Origin: an uncultured bacterium
GTDB lineage: Bacteria > CSSED10-310 > CALFER01
Direction: 5' to 3'
Assembly: GCA_937951895.1 (NCBI GenBank)
Contig: CALFER010000079.1
Location: 4,050-68,049, forward strand
Length of the DNA stretch: 64,000 nucleotides
Part shown: positions 58,100-64,000 of the stretch, in pieces
Position numbering within the stretch: the stretch's first letter is position 1
Layout: each line of letters starts with the position of its first letter
Program-made: the position numbers and the translations under genes
Notes under the pieces: model-generated
Database searches by the model: none
What the model was told of the DNA's origin: nothing
The model's input: only the letters and a program-made list of their open reading frames with translations

Positions 58100-60987
58100 T
58101 GACGCGCACACGCTTGTGTCTCACCACGGTGCTCGCATTCGCACTGCTGTCGTCGATTGCCGGCCCCGCTCTCGCGGATCTCAGCACGCGGATCATCGGG
58201 ATCGATCCGGGGCATGGCGGGAGCGATGCCGGGGCTGTCGGCCCGACGGGTCTCGAGGAAGCCGACATCAACCTGACGACCTCGCTCGATGCGCGCAACT
58301 ACATGCTTGCAGCCAATGCCTCGGTCTACATGACCCGCACGACGGATGTCTACGTGTCCCTGACCGCCCGCACGGATTATCTCAATTCGATCCCTGTTCA
58401 CCGGGCGATTTCGATCCATCACAACGCCTCGAGTTCCGCTTCGGCGAACTATACCGGCGTGCATGTGTATCCCGGCACCTGTCCTTCGCCCAACACCTCC
58501 GGCAATCTCGCCTATTCCGTCGTCCAGCGTCTGGATGATCACCTGAACATCGGGTTCGTATCGAGCAACTGCAGCCGGCAGGGTGTTCACGAGGATAATT
58601 TCCACATGGTCCGGGAGACCGACATGGCGGCGATCCTGACCGAGAATTCGTTCATATCGAATCCGTCCGAGGAAACCCGGCTTCGCGGCTCCGGGTATCT
58701 CGACGCAAACGGCTGGGCGATCTACGCCGGATTATGCGATCATTACGGAACCTCCGCGACGACACCGACGCCCACCCGCACACCGACCGCGGGCGGCTCG
58801 GAATACATCGTCGACAACCGCGACGCGGGATTCAGCACGACCGGCAGCAACTGGTTTTTCAGCACCTACGGCACGAACTACGGAGCGGACAAGACGGCTG
58901 CCACGGAGGGGACCGGAACGGGTGTCGCGACCTGGAGCATCACACTGCCGGCCGGCCAATATGCCGTGACGGCATGGGTCACGAACGCGGCTTACACGAC
59001 ATCGGCCTATTACACGGTGCATCACTCCGGCGGCTCCACGGCCGTCACCCGCTCACAGTACAATCCGGGAGGCGGCTGGTGCGTGAGTCTCGGGACGTTC
59101 ACCTTCAGCGGCGCGAGCAGCATCACGTTGACCGATAACACCGCCGGCGGCACGGTCGTGGCCGATGCCATCCGCTGGACACTCGTGGGTGGAGCCACCT
59201 CGACGCCCACCCGCACGCCGACACGGACCCCGACGCCGACATTCACGCCGACACCGACGCGCACCCCCACCCCTTCGCCGACGCCGACCGGCTCCTGGTC
59301 GCTCATCATCAACGACGTCGATCCCGGATTTTCGACATCGGGTCAGACCTGGTCCGTCAGCACATGGGGAACCAACTACGGCCCCGGGAACGAAAAGCAC
59401 TATCGGGAAACCGGTACGGGAACCGGTTTCGCCACCTGGGCCTCGACCTTTGCAAACGGCCAGTATCACCTGACGGCCTGGGTCACCAGCGGCGCATATA
59501 CAACGACTGCGCATTACACGATTCATCACGCGGATGGCTCGACCGATATCGTCCGAAGCCAGAACAACGCCACCGGAGGCTGGTGCGTGGATCTCGGGAC
59601 TTATACCTTCAACGGACCGGGCAGCGTGGTGCTCAATGACAATACTTCCACCTATGTGGTCGCCGACGCGATCCGCTGGGAGATGATTTCGGGCAGCACA
59701 CCGACGCCTGCGCCGACGGCGACCAGCACCCGCACGCCAACCCGCACGGCCACGCCGACGCGCACTCCGACTCCGACACCGAGTTCGACGGGCGGACCTG
59801 AATTCCGCGGAGTCTGGGTGACCCGCTGGAATTACAGTTCGGCGGCTGATGTCGAGAACATCATGATCGACGCCGCGGCCGCGCACTTCAACGCCGTTCT
59901 CTTCCAGGTGAGGGGGCGCGCGGATGCCTTCTATGATTCGGCCCTGGAGCCCTGGGCGCAGGAACTCACCGGAACGCTCGGTCAGGACCCCCTTTGGGAC
60001 CCGCTGGCCGTTGCGGTGCAGGAGGCCCATGAACGGGGTCTGGAACTGCATGCGTATGTCAACACATTCACCTGCTGGAGCGGCTCGACGCCGCCCGCCG
60101 CATGTTCCCCTCAGCATATCTACAACGCCCATCCGGAATGGCTCCAGTGCGATTCCGCCGGCGATCCCATGGAACTGAACTCGGGGTATGTCTGTGTCAG
60201 TCCGGGGAATCCAGCCGTCCACGAGCATCTCGTTGATGTCGTGATGGATATCGCTCAGAATTACGATGTGGACGGCATCCATTTCGACTACATCCGGTAT
60301 GCCGGTCCCGAGTATTCGCATGATCCGGTCAGTCTCACGCGCTTCGTGGACGAAAATCCCGACAGTTTGAGCTGGTCGGACTGGCAGCGCCGGCAGATCT
60401 CGGATTTCCTCGCGCTGGCTTACGGCGAACTGACGGCGGCCCGACCCGAACTGAAGGTTACTGCGGCGGTCTGGGGCATCTACAAGGATCTCTGGAGTTG
60501 GGGAACATCCGAGGGCTATTACGATTACTATCAGGATTCCCAGTCCTGGCTGGGTGAGGGCATCATCGACGCGATCTGCCCGATGATCTACTGGCCGCTC
60601 TACGACGGTTCGCCGCCGTATTTCGATTATCTGCTGGACGATTTCATGGATCACACGGGTGGACGTCATGTGTATGCGGGATTGAGTGCCGATTATGATA
60701 CTTTCGGTGAGATTGCAAACGAGATCGCCTATGCGCGGAGTGTCGGCGCGCCGGGTCATGTCGTCTTCGCCTACGGCACGATCGATACCTACGGCTACCA
60801 CGACGATTTTCCCGGCGGGCCCTACGCCGAGGCCGTGAGCGTGCCTGCGATGCCCTGGAAATCGTTCACTCCGACGCCGACCGTGACGCCGCCGCCGGCC
60901 GCCGTGCCGGTCTCGTCCGGCTGGAGTCTCCTGGCACTCGTCGCGCTCCTCACGGTGCTGATCATTACAAGGAGGCGTTCGATCTGA
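58096..60987 (+). CDS. Multi-enzyme surface protein: Amidase_3 + two golvesin/xanthan-lyase-CBD-like modules + GHL10 (DUF187) + IPTL-CTERM-like tail
   Basis: IDPGHGG, E, SIHHNA, LTENSF zinc-amidase motifs; two IVDN.D.GFS...VADAIRW modules; EFRGVWV, FQVRGRADAFY, DGIHFDY; tail VPVSSGWSLLALVALLTVLIITRRR. Confidence 0.85.
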   Translation: MMTRTRLCLTTVLAFALLSSIAGPALADLSTRIIGIDPGHGGSDAGAVGPTGLEEADINLTTSLDARNYMLAANASVYMTRTTDVYVSLTARTDYLNSIPVHRAISIHHNASSSASANYTGVHVYPGTCPSPNTSGNLAYSVVQRLDDHLNIGFVSSNCSRQGVHEDNFHMVRETDMAAILTENSFISNPSEETRLRGSGYLDANGWAIYAGLCDHYGTSATTPTPTRTPTAGGSEYIVDNRDAGFSTTGSNWFFSTYGTNYGADKTAATEGTGTGVATWSITLPAGQYAVTAWVTNAAYTTSAYYTVHHSGGSTAVTRSQYNPGGGWCVSLGTFTFSGASSITLTDNTAGGTVVADAIRWTLVGGATSTPTRTPTRTPTPTFTPTPTRTPTPSPTPTGSWSLIINDVDPGFSTSGQTWSVSTWGTNYGPGNEKHYRETGTGTGFATWASTFANGQYHLTAWVTSGAYTTTAHYTIHHADGSTDIVRSQNNATGGWCVDLGTYTFNGPGSVVLNDNTSTYVVADAIRWEMISGSTPTPAPTATSTRTPTRTATPTRTPTPTPSSTGGPEFRGVWVTRWNYSSAADVENIMIDAAAAHFNAVLFQVRGRADAFYDSALEPWAQELTGTLGQDPLWDPLAVAVQEAHERGLELHAYVNTFTCWSGSTPPAACSPQHIYNAHPEWLQCDSAGDPMELNSGYVCVSPGNPAVHEHLVDVVMDIAQNYDVDGIHFDYIRYAGPEYSHDPVSLTRFVDENPDSLSWSDWQRRQISDFLALAYGELTAARPELKVTAAVWGIYKDLWSWGTSEGYYDYYQDSQSWLGEGIIDAICPMIYWPLYDGSPPYFDYLLDDFMDHTGGRHVYAGLSADYDTFGEIANEIAYARSVGAPGHVVFAYGTIDTYGYHDDFPGGPYAEAVSVPAMPWKSFTPTPTVTPPPAAVPVSSGWSLLALVALLTVLIITRRRSI

Positions 60988-61071
60988 CGAACAGCGTCTG
61001 AACAAACCGGCGTGCGGCGCGTAAAGCGGATCAGGCACGGATTTTTCATCATCCGTTCCGGGAGGAACGCC

Positions 61072-63279
61072 ATGCACCGAAACAGCATCGCCATCGTCAC
61101 CATGATCATCGTCTGCCTGAGTCCGTATTCGCTGGCCGCCCCTACGCCCGGGCATCTCAGCATCTCGGAACAGGGACGCATCGCCACCCACACGTCGCCT
61201 TTCCGGATCCTCTCCCCCGGGGGTCTTCGTTCGATCTCGATCGAGCCTATCCCCGGCGCATCCGACATCCCCCTCAACCGCGTGATCATGACGGACGGAG
61301 ACGGCTTGATCCGATCATGGGATGACCTGCGCGGCAACGGGTTTCTCGTTTCGGATACCGGCGTGCTCGTCGCGATCGAGCGTCCCGACACGGATGCGGT
61401 TCCGGCGCGCCTCACGATCTTTCTGCCGGACGGCCGCGCGCATTCGATCGAACGGCTCGGGCTGCATTCCCCGGCGTTTTCGTCGGATCAGCGCGAGTTG
61501 CTCGCGCTGCATGACTCCGGGACCGACGCGATCGATCTCGATGCGCTGACCCTCCGGACGCTGCCGGTGTATTCCATGGCCGCGGCCGGTTGCGGAGGCT
61601 TCGTTGCGGGGCTCGACGGATCGAACGGAATCCGACTTGACCTGACTGACCGATCGGGGCGATGTCTGTCCCGGCACCTGGACGTCATCCCGCGCGACAT
61701 GGCGTTCAGCGAAACGGATCGGACCTTGTGGATCATGGGCGCGGATCGGATTCTGCGGATCGGGCTGACCGGCGACTCGGTCGGCACGATTCCGGTATCT
61801 CCGGGTGAGGCGTTCACGGATCTCCTGGCGCTGCGTGAGGGCATTGTCACCGGAACGAGAGCACTCGACGCCGCACCGGGACACCGAGCGCGCGACGATG
61901 GGATTCCCTGGCCGTTCACGCCGGATGAACAGCATGTCGTGGGCAATTCCTACGGCGCGTATCAGGGATTCGACCCTTACAATCCCTACATGCACCCCGG
62001 GATCGACATCCTGGTCCCGTTCGGTTCTCCGGTTTACGCTGTTCGAGACGGTGTCGTGAAGGCGATTCTGACGACCTCCGGCGATCTGCACTGGCGTGTG
62101 GCGGTTGCGGACGAGGACACGTCCGGCACGAGCGATGGGTATCTCTACGCGCATCTCGTCGAGAGTTCCATTGCGGTCCAGGTCGGCGATCATGTCTCGG
62201 CCGGGCAACATCTGGGTAACATCGTCGAGTGGGTTACCGATTTCCATCATCTCCATTTCGCCCGCATTCAGGCCGCCGGAACCACCTGGACGGGAAGCTG
62301 GAAGAACACACGCAACCCTCACCTGCTCATCCGCAACCGCACCGAATCCGAACCACCGAGCTTTCTCGATGCGCGCCCCGGTTCGTTGTTTGCCTTCTGC
62401 GGCAACCAGAGCAACACCTACCAGGCTCCCGATGCACTGACCGGCGATGTCGATATCATCGTATCGGCCTTCGATCGCGTGCTCACGCATTACGAATCGG
62501 CCGTTCAGGAACTGTGGTATTCGATTTATCCGGAAGGCAATCCGGGCGCTCCGGTGGTCGACAATCGACTTGCGGTCCGCTTCGACATGGAACTCGACAC
62601 CTATCAGAGCGGCTCGGTCAGTTCCTTCCTGGTCGATCTTCTTTATAAACAGGACACAACCTGCCAGACCTGGTTCGACTACGACGCGCGCCTCTTTTAC
62701 TATATTCTGACCAATTCAAACGGCGACGATGTCTATGACGCAGCGGATCTGACCGAAGCCTGGCATACTGCGGAACTTCCGGACGGCCGATATGTGATCG
62801 AGGTCACCGCGGTGGACACGAACGCGAACATATCGACCGCGGCCATGACCGTGACGACCGCCAACGGAAATCCTCCGGTTCAGACGCCGACACCCACTCC
62901 CTCGTTCGATCTCGGAGTCCGGATCGACATGCCGACCTTCGTCCGCCCGGGCGGTGATTTTCAGGTCCGCGGATATCTGGACAATCCTGGAGATCCGATC
63001 GGGAACGCGCTGGTATTTTTCGTGCTTCAGGTTCATGATGCATATTGGTTCTGGCCGTCCTGGATCGAGTGTCCGGCTCAGCCATGCGCCGAAGCGGACT
63101 GGGATCCCCGTCCCATCGAGACTGGTTCCACCGAGATCATCGTCGTGCCTTGGTTCGTGTGGCCTGACACGGGGTCGCAGTCGGTTCAGGGATTGCGCAT
63201 GGTTGGCGCGATGGTTTCCGGGGACGGTCTCGGGATACTGGGCACGATGGCGGACGTCGAATGGAGTTACGGTCCCTGA
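61072..63279 (+). CDS. Secreted M23-family metallopeptidase with the recurrent C-terminal domain
   Basis: GGGAGG RBS; HPGIDI, YAHL, HLHF; C-terminal YWFWPSW...FVWP...GLRMVGAM...EWSYGP. Confidence 0.85.
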   Translation: MHRNSIAIVTMIIVCLSPYSLAAPTPGHLSISEQGRIATHTSPFRILSPGGLRSISIEPIPGASDIPLNRVIMTDGDGLIRSWDDLRGNGFLVSDTGVLVAIERPDTDAVPARLTIFLPDGRAHSIERLGLHSPAFSSDQRELLALHDSGTDAIDLDALTLRTLPVYSMAAAGCGGFVAGLDGSNGIRLDLTDRSGRCLSRHLDVIPRDMAFSETDRTLWIMGADRILRIGLTGDSVGTIPVSPGEAFTDLLALREGIVTGTRALDAAPGHRARDDGIPWPFTPDEQHVVGNSYGAYQGFDPYNPYMHPGIDILVPFGSPVYAVRDGVVKAILTTSGDLHWRVAVADEDTSGTSDGYLYAHLVESSIAVQVGDHVSAGQHLGNIVEWVTDFHHLHFARIQAAGTTWTGSWKNTRNPHLLIRNRTESEPPSFLDARPGSLFAFCGNQSNTYQAPDALTGDVDIIVSAFDRVLTHYESAVQELWYSIYPEGNPGAPVVDNRLAVRFDMELDTYQSGSVSSFLVDLLYKQDTTCQTWFDYDARLFYYILTNSNGDDVYDAADLTEAWHTAELPDGRYVIEVTAVDTNANISTAAMTVTTANGNPPVQTPTPTPSFDLGVRIDMPTFVRPGGDFQVRGYLDNPGDPIGNALVFFVLQVHDAYWFWPSWIECPAQPCAEADWDPRPIETGSTEIIVVPWFVWPDTGSQSVQGLRMVGAMVSGDGLGILGTMADVEWSYGP

Positions 63280-64000
63280 TTCAGAGATGTGGTGCGGTCT
63301 TCCTGCTCCTGCTCGTTCTGCAGGCGTTCGCATACGGTCTGTCGATCCGCGACTACGGGTTCTACGCGGACGACTGGGTCTTCGCCGAACACACCTCGCT
63401 GGCCTCGGACACCGACTTTGCCTGCGCCGCTCGCTCATTCTTTTTCGACGCAACCGATCCGCGTCCGCTTCGTTGCATCGAACACGGCCTGATCGCGTTT
63501 TTGATCCGTTCTTTCGGTTTCCCCTCCGCCTACCTCCTGCAACTTGCCCTCGAAACACTCTCCGTCTTCCTGCTCTACCTGCTGCTCGCGCGTTCATTCA
63601 CGCCGCCGACCGCCCTGCTCACCTCTGTGCTCTTCCTCCTGGCCCCCCTCGACACCACACAACTCTGGCTGGCCACCTTTCACTGGCGGATCGCCTTTCT
63701 CCTCGCCTGCGCCGCCCTGCTGCTCCTCGACACCCGCATCTGGCCCGCCGCTCCCCTCCTCATCCTGATCTCGGCCAGTTTCAACGAAGGCTTCCTGGCC
63801 TGGCTCGGCATCGCCGTGGCGCTCCCCCTCCACCGGATTTCCACCCGGACGCGAATCGTGCGTCTGATCGTATCGTTCAGCATCATCGCATCGGGCTACT
63901 TCCTGTGGCGATTCGTGCTTTTCCCCGCGATCAGTCCGGATCCACGCATGGTTCGATTGATGGATTGGGATGCGTCTTCCGACCTCCTGAGACGGTTTGC
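63261..64000 (+). CDS. 3'-truncated polytopic membrane protein, GT-C-fold glycosyltransferase-like (not in the ORF track)
   Basis: Manual translation from ATG 63261 is open to the window end: MELRSLIQRCGAVFLLLLVLQAFAY...GFYADDW...RPL... followed by several TM segments. An acidic DD motif after TM1 is typical of GT-C enzymes. Confidence 0.65.
   Translation, partial: MELRSLIQRCGAVFLLLLVLQAFAYGLSIRDYGFYADDWVFAEHTSLASDTDFACAARSFFFDATDPRPLRCIEHGLIAFLIRSFGFPSAYLLQLALETLSVFLLYLLLARSFTPPTALLTSVLFLLAPLDTTQLWLATFHWRIAFLLACAALLLLDTRIWPAAPLLILISASFNEGFLAWLGIAVALPLHRISTRTRIVRLIVSFSIIASGYFLWRFVLFPAISPDPRMVRLMDWDASSDLLRRF

Noticed and set aside
63820-63850. Frameshift in the final membrane-protein gene at the C-rich stretch
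   Set aside because: Codon-by-codon recount shows one continuous frame (LPLHRISTRTRIVRL...) to the window end.

Overview
GC-rich bacterial chromosomal window with about 46 protein-coding genes, probably from a diderm (a predicted outer-membrane beta-barrel and TolB-like proteins are present); the lineage cannot be assigned from this sequence alone. I saw no rRNA, tRNA, CRISPR array, transposase or phage structural gene. Housekeeping genes (malQ, trpS, IscS/NifS-type desulfurase, xth, msrB-msrA fusion, aminotransferase, DMT transporter) are interspersed with many large secreted proteins carrying Pro/Thr linkers. Main observations: (1) a WYL-domain regulator is divergent from a translationally coupled ClpP-like protease + AAA+ ATPase pair, followed by a CPBP protease, with a palindrome in the shared promoter; this is a candidate new protease-ATPase defence or stress module; (2) an approximately 115-aa C-terminal domain recurs on seven unrelated secreted proteins, suggesting a lineage-specific export or surface-anchoring system, alongside three IPTL-CTERM-like membrane tails; (3) a REP-like repeat mosaic with 65-bp inverted ends and a 45-bp tandem array lies at 2630-3289; (4) several pseudo-enzymes are present (pseudo-receiver, histidine kinase lacking ATP-binding boxes, active/inactive C39-like peptidase pair). 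All product calls come from reading motifs by eye; no database searches were run. Many start codons were moved from the ORF track to RBS-supported positions.
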